A DNA stretch of 64,000 nt, taken from contig OX597815.1 of NCBI GenBank assembly GCA_951406725.2, positions 127,410,001 through 127,474,000 of the forward strand, given 5' to 3'. Under the pieces are notes generated by a model. It worked only from the letters and a program-made list of their open reading frames with translations. It was not told the origin of the DNA and made no database searches. A program made the position numbers and the translations under genes. The stretch comes from Octopus vulgaris (Eukaryota). Below, in pieces: positions 25,393 to 37,023 of the stretch; position 1 is the first letter of the stretch, and every line of letters begins with the position of its first letter.

Positions 25393-26326
25393 TAAACAAA
25401 TATTCACTATTTGAAGAGAAGTACTGTCACGCAAACAGCATACACACGGCATAGAGATTATTTAGCATAACTACAACACTGCCATTTATTAGATAATGAT
25501 AGTTATAAAATATAAATAATTGAACGAGAACAGTATGGTAAAATAAGTAGATAGAAATGTACATTGTTCGCTTTCCAGACATTTCTACATTACTGCATGT
25601 ACTTTATATGCACTTTCTGACAAGTTGTGGTGCACCTGAGCACTGTATACAATAATTTAATTATTTTTTAAACAGTAATTTGTTTTCTCTATAGTAAAAC
25701 ATGGACATTAGTATTTTAAACTGATAGGACATGGTAAATGAAACATTAATTTTATTAAATTTGATTCTAACTAGTTGTCAATCAACATAAGTGAAAAATA
25801 TTTAGAAGTATTTGCTGGTTTACATTGATTTCTTACATAGGTACATGGTTATAAGATTTTGAAGAAGATATAGATCATTAGATTCACCCCAGTACTAGTT
25901 TAGTGCCTATTTTTTCAACTCTGGAAGGATGAAATGCAAAGTAGTTGACTCTGGCAGGATTTGAACTCAAAAACTACAAGGTTGTAACCAAATACAGCAA
26001 AGCACCGTGTCCAATGCTTAACTGATTCTCTTTATCTATTGAATGTTTGTTCATTAATATTAATATCTAGATGCTTCCGTTTTTATGTTCTGAGTTCAAA
26101 TACCACCAAAGTTGACTTTGTTTTTCATCCTTTCAGGGTTGATAAAATAAGTACCAGTTGAGCACTGGGGATGATGAAATCAACTTAGCCCCTTCCTTGA
26201 AATTGCAGGCCTTGTGCCAAAATTCAAAACCAATATTAATATCTAGATGGATAAAATCAAACAAAAAGTTAATTTATTATTTCTGTCTGTGAAAAACATT
26301 AACAAGTGGTAAATAAATGAAAATAC

Positions 26327-26448
26327 CTTTATTTCAACAGTACAGACACCATCCAGTTTATTAATTACAGGATCTTCTCGGTCAAGATTATCAGATTTAA
26401 TTCTAACTTCACCACTGTCATTGGAAATAGAGAAGGATGAACAAGAAT
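26327..26448 (-). CDS. Cadherin exon
   Basis: CAG acceptor, GTATTT donor; 122 nt (phase 1 to 0); (D)SCSSFSISNDSGEVRIKSDNLDREDPVINKLDGVCTVEIK, with LDRE motif; phase matches both neighbours. Confidence 0.93.
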
Positions 26449-27199
26449 CTGAAAAATAAAGCAAATGTTTGAAAGAAAAGTATTCTTTTCTTTTTCTTTA
26501 TTTCAATTATTTTAATTAATGCTTCAGACAGAATTCAGTTAAAAATTACCTATATCCCATTCAATTTAACATGTCCTTATTAATATTTCTCATATGCAAA
26601 ATTTAGCAGTAATGCTAAGGCAAAAAAATTAATAAAGACAGGATTATATTGCAGACATTTGTAGTAACAGTGCTGCTTTGTGTAATCAGTGGCTTGTTTG
26701 GATCAAGCCATAATTTTGTGATGCAATGGCCAAGAGAGATGCGCTCAGCCATTCACTAGAGATATACCTAAATTCAGGGATGTGTGCAACTATTTATCCC
26801 ATGTGACTTCTTTTCATATTATTTCTGATAGTGTGACAAATTAAACTCAAATCGACCAAAGATAAAACTCTAGTTCACAAAGCCAACTATGAATTGACTA
26901 AATCATACGAAGAGGTACCCAAAAGAAATCTGAATTTTGCAATATAATTATATTTACATTGTTTTATATGTTTACACTTTTATTTCCTACAAAGCATTCT
27001 CCATTTAAAGCAATGCATTGGTCCAGGCACATTTTTCACTATTTGAACCAGTGCTGGAACTCTTGCAAGGTGATGCCTTTTCACACATCTATTGTTTTTT
27101 CTTCACCTCTTCCACATATGCAAATTTCATAGCACCAGCTTTCATCACCAGTTATAATTTTTCAAAAAAGGTCCCAATCAACTTCCAACTTTTCTTTCG

Positions 27200-27900
27200 G
27201 GACAACCTAGATAGATAGATACTTATAGAAAATAGCATACTATGAGCGAAAGAGCTACCTAAAGAATAACATAAGGCAAAATGAGAAAGAAAAATCCATC
27301 AACAGAACACAATACCATTTCTAGTAACACACAATCTGCATCACCAAAACATTTTCAACAGCATCAAAACAAATTTGCCAATCATGAAACAAAGAGAAAA
27401 ATGCAAAAACATAATAACTAATCAAACACTTATCTTAAGCAAAAGGCAACCACATAATCTAAAGAACAATTAACAAAGGCAAAATTCAACATGAACAAAC
27501 AGGATAAAACATTCACAGTATCCAAGCGTAATGATAACAGATGTGGAATGTGTTAATACATGCAGACTGGTAAATCCATTTGAACAAAAAATGGACAGAT
27601 TTTCACAAATGCAGATATGAACTGCAAAAGCAGAAATTTGATCTAGTGCATTAAATAGCGAGGAACTATATATTGGTGAGACAGAGAATGCATTATCAGA
27701 ATGTTCACAAGTCTACAGGCAACAAATCCATAACACTAATGTTCACCAAATTCCAGCGAACATATAAAAATATATGGTCAGAAAATGCTTCTAATTTTTT
27801 TCTTTCCACAAACTACACAACAGAAGTGAGATTGGAAGAAAGATAAAAGGTAAAACATTTTACTAAAATGTTCAAACCTGTTCTGAACAGAAATAACAAC
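27200..27900 (+). mobile_element. Penelope-like element remnant (Neptune-type GIY-YIG)
   Basis: Decayed frame 'RCGMC..QTG...DMNCKSRNLI*CI..ELYIGETEN', i.e. a CxxC knuckle followed by GIY-YIG. Confidence 0.7.
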
Positions 27901-28346
27901 AATAATATAACAACCAGTTAGTGATGTGGATTAAAAAATATCTTTAACATATGAATATAAACAAATTACAGAAGACTCCCACCAACTTATATAAAAACAA
28001 TCAAAATCAGCTAAGTTTGCTCACTTGTGAAGCCATTACATGTAAACCACAAGCTAATTGGTAAAAATAAAAGTGGGATCTATGCTAGTAATATCGGTGT
28101 GTCTGGCATACCATGACATTTAAGTGGCATGCTGATTGGTCAAAACCATATTCCAAAAATTCAGCTTGTTGGAGCCTTCTAGAAGGTATAAAAAGTAAGA
28201 AGCCAGTCATTTTACTACAATTGTCAAGCACTCAACTCAACTGTCATTTTTTAATGCTTAACACATTTCAACATTGTAAAAAGAACTTTTTAAAAATACA
28301 ATAATAAAAAACATGAAAACTAGACCATGTTGTAACTTTATTAAAT

Positions 28347-28414
<68 letters not shown>

Positions 28415-28418
<4 letters not shown>

Positions 28419-29013
28419 ATGAGGGAGATAAATTAATATTAATTTTAATATCAATTTAAAACCAGTAGTCCAGCATTCAAAAAATCTGAGAAGTCAGAGA
28501 AAATTCTAATATATGTGTATATAGGCAGGGCTGGCCTGCTAGGTAGCCGGCCGAATGCTAGAAAGAGATCATCAACGATCAAACTACAAGGGAAATTCTC
28601 TAGAGGAAGAATTCAGCGAACACCAGAACCAAATTTGGCGGGCAGGACATATGAAAATTTAAATAAAAAACAGACTTAAATGCATACCTCGGTTTCGGTC
28701 TTTAACAAAAGAATTACTTACATAATTCAAATGTCCGTGACTTCATCAGTACATTCGGTCATCGAGATGCAAAAAGCAAAACTAACCCCAGCTGTCTGTG
28801 TCAAGACAGACACGTGCTTAGTTTTACCGTTTACATCGGGGATAAAATTTCAAATGTCTTGGCTCTGGCGCGCTAAGAAATTCCTGAAGCGAAGGACTGC
28901 AGTGAATAATTCACTGCGGTTGAGAATTTCCCTTGTAGTTTGATCGTTGATGATCTCTTTCTAGCATTCGGCCGGCTACCTAGCAAGCCAGCCCTGCCTA
29001 TATATACATATAT
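28415..29013. repeat. Fold-back element in (TA)n with ~92-bp inverted arms at 28509-28600 and 28922-29013
   Basis: ggcagggctggcctgctaggtagccggccgaatgctagaaagag... and its near-exact reverse complement. Confidence 0.9.
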
Positions 29014-29039
29014 ATATATATATGTATATATATATAATC

Positions 29040-29285
29040 ATCATTAACATCATCGTTTAACGTCCGCTTTCCATGCTAGCAGGAATTGGATGATTTGACT
29101 GAAGACTGGCGAACCACATGGCTGCACCAGGCTCCAATCATGATCTGGCAGAGTTTCTACAGCTGGATGCCCTTCCTAACGCCAACCACTCCAAGAGTGT
29201 AGTGGGTGCTTTTACGTGCCACTGGCACGAGGGCCAGTCGGGCGGTACTGGCAATGGCCACGCTCAAATGGTGTTTTTTATGTGC
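29040..29285 (-). mobile_element. RTE LINE 3' terminus
   Basis: 'catcgtttaacgtccgctttccatgctagc..ctacagctggatgcccttcctaacgccaacc', as at 18630. Confidence 0.8.
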
Positions 29286-29539
29286 GTCTATATATATATA
29301 TACATATATATGTTTTGCAAACAACATGCACATGCAAGTGCTACCAGTTGAGAACTCTGCATACCAGAAGGCAGCAAGTGTATGGGGTCATCAAGAGAGA
29401 ATGCATGCCATTTTGGGGCCTACCTTTCGACAGCGTCAATGTGCACAGGCCCCACTCACTAATATGAGGCCCTGCTTGCTAGACCAACTGATTATCAAAT
29501 AAAGCTCAATATTCTTCTGGCAATTGCTCATCATCTCTT

Positions 29540-29576
<37 letters not shown>

Positions 29577-29701
29577 TGGTATGCATGTAGGGTCATGGAT
29601 ACATATATGTACATATATACTAAATACTTTGAATAAATCAAGCACAGTATTGCATTTTTGTTTTATTTCAAGATTTAGAGAATAAATCTTAGAAATTATA
29701 C

Positions 29702-29780
29702 CTTTAATAATTTTATAACCAATATCATTCGGTATGCCTCTGTCTTGATCTTCAGCTGTCACTGTAGTGATGAGAGTTCC
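29702..29780 (-). CDS. Cadherin exon
   Basis: CAG acceptor, GTATAA donor; 79 nt (phase 0 to 1); GTLITTVTAEDQDRGIPNDIGYKIIK, with an AxDxD motif resembling CDH23 'AIDQDKGRPRGIGY'. Confidence 0.92.
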
Positions 29781-30439
29781 CTGTGAAATAAAAATAACTG
29801 AAGTGATTAAAGAACAAAAACAATTTCAAAATGTATTAAAAGGTTATAATAATGGTTTCCTCTGAGTTTTTGTGAAAATGTAAAATGTTACAAACAAAAA
29901 AATCAAAGCTTGTTAAACTGATGCCTTTCCTAAAACCAAGGCAATAGATAAGCAAAAAAGAGATACTCAACCCTGTCATTTGGTCTGCAAGAAAGAGCAA
30001 CCAAATCACCTTCAAGTTTCATACTAACATCTTACAAAAAAATATGGAAGGACACATTAGATAAACTAGTCCAAGTTATACTACTTCTGAAGTTATGATG
30101 GAATGGCCATGGCTTTACTCATTGGTCTGTTGAACTGGGGATGACTGGAGGCTAAACCAAAAAAGCATCATTAGCAAAATATATGGGTTTCTTTTCAATA
30201 GAAATAAAGATCCTAGGCTTTAAAAAGAGGGAAGAAAAGGATATTTTCATTGATGTAAGTTTCATTCAAATCAATGGCAATGTGCTTGTGTTTTCCTCCG
30301 CAAGTGCATAGAGAGAGAACATTTTGAAATATTCCTGTGCTATGGGAAAACGAGTGACTATTTTATTTATCATAGCCTTTTCCAACTTTATGTAATGGGT
30401 CGGGGTCTTGGGCAATGAACATGTGTGAGGGACAGGGGA

Positions 30440-31640
30440 CAAGAAAGAAGTACATTATTTACATTGGACGGATGTGTCCTCATCTTGTTTGTTGTTACCA
30501 CAATGTTTCGGCTGATTTACTCTCCTGCCTTCATCAGGTGTCCTGGTGGTATTTTGAACCCAACCCTGGAATTTTTTGCTGGTGTTATTATTATTTATTC
30601 AAGGCACTGCTTGGAATTGAACTTGGAATATTGGGGTTAGTCTTAACCATTTCACTATATGGGCTTATAAATCTAATATTTTCCTATCCTTCCTTAATAC
30701 TGGTACCCATATTCTACTCGTATCTGCACTAAGTCTGCTTAGGAGGTTATTGTGTCCTAGTATATATGCTGCTTCTTTTAGTTTTCATATTTTCCAGTGG
30801 TGTTCTCTGTCTATTATTTTAACTTCATCCCACAGGTGAAGGTGGTCTCCGTTTCTCCATACATGATCATATCTGCACTAGGTCTGCTTAGGAGGTTATT
30901 GTGTCCTAGCATATGTGCTGCTTCTTTTATTTTTCAACATTTCCTCATGTCACAGCTTTAAAATGTTCCTCTACTCTTATTTTGAGTGGGCGATATGTTT
31001 TGCCTTTGTATAACCTACCACAACTGCATGGGATGGAGTACACACAATCTTTGGTCATATTCTCTTCTATTGGTGGTTTTACTTGAAAGAGATATTTGCT
31101 AAGTGTTTTGTTATACTTTTGAATACTGTCCTGATGTCATATGAACCGCATATCTTTTGTATCTTTTCTGAGAGGTCTTTCACACAGGGGAGACAGACTG
31201 TGGTCAGTTTATAGGTTTCATCCTCTCTCCTCTTCCTAAAACAAGCAGCACATATGCTATGACACAATAATCTCCTAAGCAAACCTAGTGCAGATATGAG
31301 TAGAATATGGATACTGGTATTAAGGAAGGATAGGAAAATATCAAGTTTATAAGCCCTAAAATTTACTCTGTAATTGCCCACGGGCATATAGCAAAATAGT
31401 TAAGGGCATGGGCTACTAACTCCAAGATTCCAAGTTCAATTCCAGGCAGTGCCTTGAATAAATAATAATAACACCAGCAAAAAATACCAGGGTTGGGTTC
31501 GAAATTCCACCAGAACAACAGACAAAATTACACCAGGCTGGAGAGTAAATCAGCCAAAACATTGTGATAACAACAAACAAGATGAAGACACATCCATCCA
31601 ATAATGTAGATAATGAACAGAATACCTCATCTTTAAAATA
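30440..31640 (-). mobile_element. Penelope/Poseidon-type element, 5'-truncated, with inverted pLTR
   Basis: Minus-strand 'VCLPCVKDLSEKIQKIC..' and 'KDCVYSIPCSCGRLYKGKTYRPLKIRVEEH' (GIY-YIG); 31243-31630 is an inverted copy of ~30450-30775. Confidence 0.88.
30497..30543 (-). ncRNA. Minimal type I hammerhead ribozyme motif in the pLTR (probably degenerate)
   Basis: Minus strand gacac-CTGATGA-aggcaggagagtaaatcagcc-GAAAC-att-gtg; stem II ggc/gcc, stem I cac/gtg. Confidence 0.7.
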
Positions 31641-31809
31641 TAGAACAGAAAGAAGTCACAAAGATAGAGAAATCCAGAGTCATTGAAGGCAAGAGAGGTG
31701 TGAATGGGCCATGCAGGTAGGTCAGAGAGTGAGGAAGATAAGGGCATTTGAGAGGCATAGAAACTGTGGTGAAGTCAGTGAGGGAAAAAGTAAAGAAAAC
31801 ACAGTATCC

Positions 31810-31897
31810 AATCAAAAAATAAATTATTTTAAAACATCAAAAAATAAACTATTTTAAAACATCAAAAAATAAACTATTTTAAAACATCAAAAAATAT
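31810..31897. repeat. 25-bp tandem repeat, ~3.5 copies
   Basis: atcaaaaaataaactattttaaaac. Confidence 0.9.
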
Positions 31898-32134
31898 TAG
31901 ATTATCGGTATTCAAAGTAGCCACTCTCAACTTCTACCAATGCCTCAAGAAGGCTCTGAAATTTGGTGCATGCATTCCTCACAATGGCCCCATGCAAAGC
32001 ATCTTTGTATGTAGCTTGTACACTTAGTTTCCTTCATGATCAGCAAATTATTTTACAGTAGCCAAAGTCTGACCAAAGCCTTATGAGTGGATTTGGTAGA
32101 TAGAAGCTGAAAAAGACCATTATACATACATACA

Positions 32135-32878
32135 TATTAATTATAATGAAGGGTTAATTGCAACAAGTTGCTCAAAACCACATACCAAAAATATTAGAAA
32201 TAGCAGCCAAATAGGTCACTATTTCTACTACTAGTAAAAAAGTCTCCACAAACAAACTGAATTTGTAACCCGTATATGGTAAAGAGAAAGAAGACAACGA
32301 AATCCCAGCCTATTGGATTAATTATGGACGAATTCGTTTCTGGATTAGAATCGAAAGTTCATTTCCTTGTCAACATAATATTTCCTATAAATCTAGAAAT
32401 GCTAGAAAAAAAACTCACCCATTACATCAACTCGAACAGGCGACATCGAACGATATAACAGTCCGCTAGCATCTCCACATTTATATAGACAGGCGAATTC
32501 GTATCTCCCTTCAAAATTACCACGTGAGTTACAAAAACTTTACCAACGAAATGAAGTTTCGCAGATTCATTGTATGGGAGTAATAGTATTCAATACACAT
32601 AAAGGGTGAAATATAATTAATTTAATAACCATATACGGGTTACAAATTCTGTTTGTTTGTGGAGACTTTTTTACTAGTAGTAGAAATAGTGACCTATTTG
32701 GCTACTATTTCTAATATTTTCAGTATGTGGTTTTGAGCAACTTGTTGCAATTAACCCTTTATTATAATTAATATAATCCTTACCAAATATGGTCATTTCC
32801 ATACCGAAAAAACTACTAGGTGAAATTTATTAATTTTATTAAATTAATTATATTTCGCCCTTTATGTGTATTGAATAC

Positions 32879-32879
<1 letters not shown>
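32135..32879. repeat. Fold-back element with interleaved inverted repeats (A..B A' B')
   Basis: A 32135-32280 / A' 32628-32773; B 32586-32625 / B' 32836-32879; flanked by (TACA)n/(TA)n. Confidence 0.9.
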
Positions 32880-32926
<47 letters not shown>

Positions 32927-33327
32927 CGTATCTTCATGTGTGTGTATGTGTGTACCCTTGTCCTGACATCACATGAAGATTGTAAATGATCAACACCATC
33001 ATACAAGCCATGTAGTTGTTTCCAATCTTCAACAGAAAGACATGTCTGGCCACAGGGAATATCACCTCACTTGGAAACAGGTGAAGGTTGGTATCAGGAA
33101 GAGTATCTGGCTGTAAAAAAAAATCTACCTACATAAATTTCATCCAACTAATGCAAGCATGGAAATGTGAAGATCAAATGATGGTGTGGGCATGTATACA
33201 TAATATACAAACATGCAGACATACATACAGAACAATTAAATATGCATATATAATTTTTAAACATTTTTTGTGATTATTTTTCACCAAAACTAACAATAAA
33301 AACTGAACTGGAAATGTAATGTATTAC

Positions 33328-33444
33328 CTTGCTTGAATTTTCCTTGATTTTTTCAACAAAGCCGGAACTTGTAAATGCTGGTGGCATATCTTGAACATCC
33401 TCAACTTGGATCCATACAGAAGCATTTGCTGTAAAGTTTCCATC
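33328..33444 (-). CDS. Cadherin (CDH23/Cad87A/CDHR-like), 5'-most exon visible in the window
   Basis: CAG acceptor at 33447-33445, GTAATA donor; 117 nt; DGNFTANASVWIQVEDVQDMPPAFTSSGFVEKIKENSSK, with a DxQDxxP Ca2+-linker and an xEN motif. Confidence 0.92.
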
Positions 33445-33677
33445 CTGAAATTAAGTTTAAAATTATTTCATTTTATCTCCAATTCATTGTAGAATATAAT
33501 TTATGTACACACTATTACATTTCTATTTCCCTAACATTCCTTTTAGTATGTTGCACATCCCAGGTGAGGAAACAAAGGAAACTAAAATGAATGGTGATAT
33601 GATAAGCTGTGCAATAGGCCAGTATGGAACAATGGATACTAAAAAATAATGTGTATAAGTTGATTTAAATATATATA

Positions 33678-34880
33678 TCATCATCATCATTTAATGTCCA
33701 TTGTCCATGCTGTAATAGGTTGGAAGGCTACACCAGACTCCAGTCTGATTTGGCATGGTTTTCTACAGCCAGATGCCCTTCCTAACACCAACCACTCTGA
33801 GTGTAATGGGTGCTTTTACATACCACCAGCACAGGTCATTTGCATGATGCTGGGGTGCATTTACGTGCCAATATGTTTGACACAACAACAATTTTGCCTG
33901 GCTTGACGGGTCTTCTCAAGCATTACATAATGCCAAAGGTCTTGATCATTGCCTTCATGAGGCCCAACACTCAAAAGGAACTTGGCTACTTTGCCACCAT
34001 GCAGCCCAACACTTGAAAGGAACTCAGTCACTTTGCCTCTGTGAGGCCCAATGTTCAAAAGATGTCCTTTACATACCACCAGCATGGATGCACTTGGTTT
34101 GACAGGTTCTCTCAAGCACAGCACATTACCAAAGGTCTCCGTCACCAGACATTGCCTCTGTGAGGCTCAAAGTTCAAAGATCATGCTTCACCATCTCATC
34201 CCATATCTTCCTGGGTCTACCTATACCACAGGTTTCTTCCACAATTAGAGACCAGCACGTCTTTACTCAGCTGTCCTCGTCCATAGGTATCACATGACCA
34301 TACCAGCACAGTCATCTCTCTTGCACACCACATCTGATTCCTCTTGTGCCTAACTTTTCTCTCAAAATGCGTACACTCTGTTGAACATGCACACTGATGT
34401 TGAACACCCAGTGAAGCGTAGTGGCTTCATTTCTGTCAAGTCTATGCATGTAATCGGCTGTCATAGCCTATGTTTCACTGCCATGCAGCATAGCTGTTTG
34501 CACACAGTCATCAAACAATCTGCCTTTCAATCTGAGAGAGAGGCCCTTTGTTGCCAGCAGGAGTAGGAGCTCTCTAAACATTGCCCAGCCTAATCTTATT
34601 CTCACAGCTATGTTTTCAGAACATCCACCTCCACTACTAACTTGGTCACTTAGATAACAGAAGCTATCTACTATCTCTAGCTTGCCCCCTGGCAGTCTAT
34701 TTTCTGCACATTTGCAGCATTTATTGTAACTGTGCACCTTCCACACACAAAAGTTAGTTTCCCTGTTAACCTTCCTCTGGTGTTGCTGCACCTTTTGTGT
34801 CCAAACCTTACACTGGGTACATCTTATGAAGTTTCTACCTACACCTTTTCTACAGACTGAGCAGGGTCATCTAGTTACTT
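33678..34880 (-). mobile_element. RTE LINE 3' portion, decayed
   Basis: 'LEIVDSFCYLSDQVSSGGGC..FRELLLLLATKGLSLRLKGRLF..MLHGSET'; (CAT)n tail. Confidence 0.85.
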
Positions 34881-34888
34881 ACTATGAC

Positions 34889-34958
<70 letters not shown>

Positions 34959-35154
34959 GGTTGATGCCAGCCCCCTCTGGCCCCTGTGCCGATAGCACGT
35001 AAAAAACACCCACTACACTCTTGAAGCAGCTGGCATTAGGAAGGGCATCCAGCTGTAGAAACATTGCCAGATCAAACTGGAGTCTGGTGCAGTCTCCTGG
35101 CTTTCCAGCATGGAAAACGGACATTAAACGATCATGATGATGCTGATGATTATA

Positions 35155-35330
35155 CAGTGGTTGGACAAAATAATGGAAATACCTTAAAATTTCAAACAAA
35201 TTTATTTTAATATGGGGTAGGACCACCTTTGGCAGTAATAACAGCTTGAATTCTGGACTCTTACAAAGTTTGAATTGTTTCCAAAGGAATTTTTGTCCAT
35301 ACTTCAAATAAACCAGTCTCCAGTTCTTGT
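35155..35330 (-). mobile_element. Right-end fragment of the same Tc1 family as 17112-18353
   Basis: tacagtggttggacaaaataatggaaataccttaaaatttcaaa matches the reverse complement of 18300-18353. Confidence 0.8.
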
Positions 35331-35357
35331 TGGCTTGGCTGTGGAATAGTATTATTG

Positions 35358-35363
<6 letters not shown>

Positions 35364-35406
<43 letters not shown>

Positions 35407-35476
35407 TGCAGGTGGAACCGTCCAACCCATGCTAGCATGGAGAACGGACGTTAAACGATAATGATGATGATGATAC

Positions 35477-35566
<90 letters not shown>

Positions 35567-35577
35567 ATGTTTGTGTG

Positions 35578-35630
<53 letters not shown>

Positions 35631-35671
35631 GTGTGTGTGTGTGTGTGTATGTATGTATATATATACATATA

Positions 35672-35735
<64 letters not shown>

Positions 35736-35760
35736 CATAGACATACATATACATACACAC
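35364..35760. repeat. Compound (TA)n/(TG)n microsatellite cluster
   Basis: Direct reading. Confidence 0.95.
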
Positions 35761-35899
35761 TTTATAAAGTTACTGGTGTTAAGGAAAGTATCCAGCCATA
35801 GAAACCATAGTCCCATGGCTTGTCCAATCCTGTCAAACTATTCAAACCATGTTGGCATAAAAACTGGATGTTAAATGATGATGATGATAATGATGATTA

Positions 35900-36330
35900 T
35901 ATCCAAGAACATACATGCATACACCAAGTGTTGAAGTGCATCCCCTCACCAAGTTTGCATACATGAGACTGATAACGTCATAAGACTTGGAAAGCAGCTC
36001 CTTCTGCAACATTCATTGTCTCATAACCTAGAATACATGCCCAAAGAAGTCGCACGACTCTACAGTAACATATCATCGGATGAAAGGATGAGCCTGTATG
36101 AGCAGAAGACTATGCATGAGTGTTAGTAGAAAGCTCCAAAATGATAGTAACATTGATCATCAAAGCAGTTTATCATGGACCAATAGCCGGATTACTACCT
36201 CCCTCTTTAAAGGATATGTGTTTGCAATCCAGGAACGGGAAATATTAACCAAGTACCTGATGCACAAAAGGGATAGAGATGCAAGAAAAGCAGTAAAATG
36301 TGACAACCAATGCATACTTTGTGTAGTTAA
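35900..36330 (+). mobile_element. R4/Dong-like (RLE) non-LTR retrotransposon fragment cut by the gap
   Basis: 'SLSW..GYVFAIQEREILTKYL..KCDNQCILC' resembles the region leading into the CCHC knuckle of R4-clade elements. Confidence 0.65.
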
Positions 36331-36430
36331 NNNNNNNNNNNNNNNNNNNNNNNNNNNNNNNNNNNNNNNNNNNNNNNNNNNNNNNNNNNNNNNNNNNNNN
36401 NNNNNNNNNNNNNNNNNNNNNNNNNNNNNN
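36331..36430. other. Assembly gap (100 N, unknown true size)
   Basis: Run of exactly 100 N. Confidence 0.99.
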
Positions 36431-37023
36431 ATAAAGTCTGATGTTTGTAAATGAAAAGGTTTATTAGTAAATAGCATAAGATACAAATTAAGGTGAGTAC
36501 AAAGAAAGACCAAATATACAATATAAACCTGCCAAATAAACACATACAAAAAACCTGGATTTTCAACCTAAACAAAACAAACTCCCAAAAGGCTCTCATA
36601 TATTGCACAATAGTATTACATTATCCAGAGCTAGGTAACTAACCATGATATTCATATACACTATGCAATATTAGAAAACTTCGAGAATCACATATTACAA
36701 GGCAAATACCAAAATGAATGTGTTATTACTTGTCATAGTGTATTTCCCTTAAAAACAAGACAAAAACCCACATACAAAAAACAAAAAACAATTAATACTG
36801 GACACATCTATTATTATACATGTGTAGCTACAAAATTATATAAAATTATAAATTTATAAGTTACATGCTTTAGAATTATAGAAGACCACTAGTATAGTTA
36901 GTTACAGAAGGGAGTTAAAAAATTATTAGTAGAAAAGCTAAGTTCTATCTGAATCTAGAGAAGGTGAACGGTAGTTTATGAATGCAAAAAAAGTTTTTTT
37001 CTTTTATGTTGTTAATAATATGC

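Noticed and set aside
34882-35874. Long ORFs (up to 292 aa) rich in YI/HT/CV
   Set aside because: These are translations of dinucleotide microsatellites.
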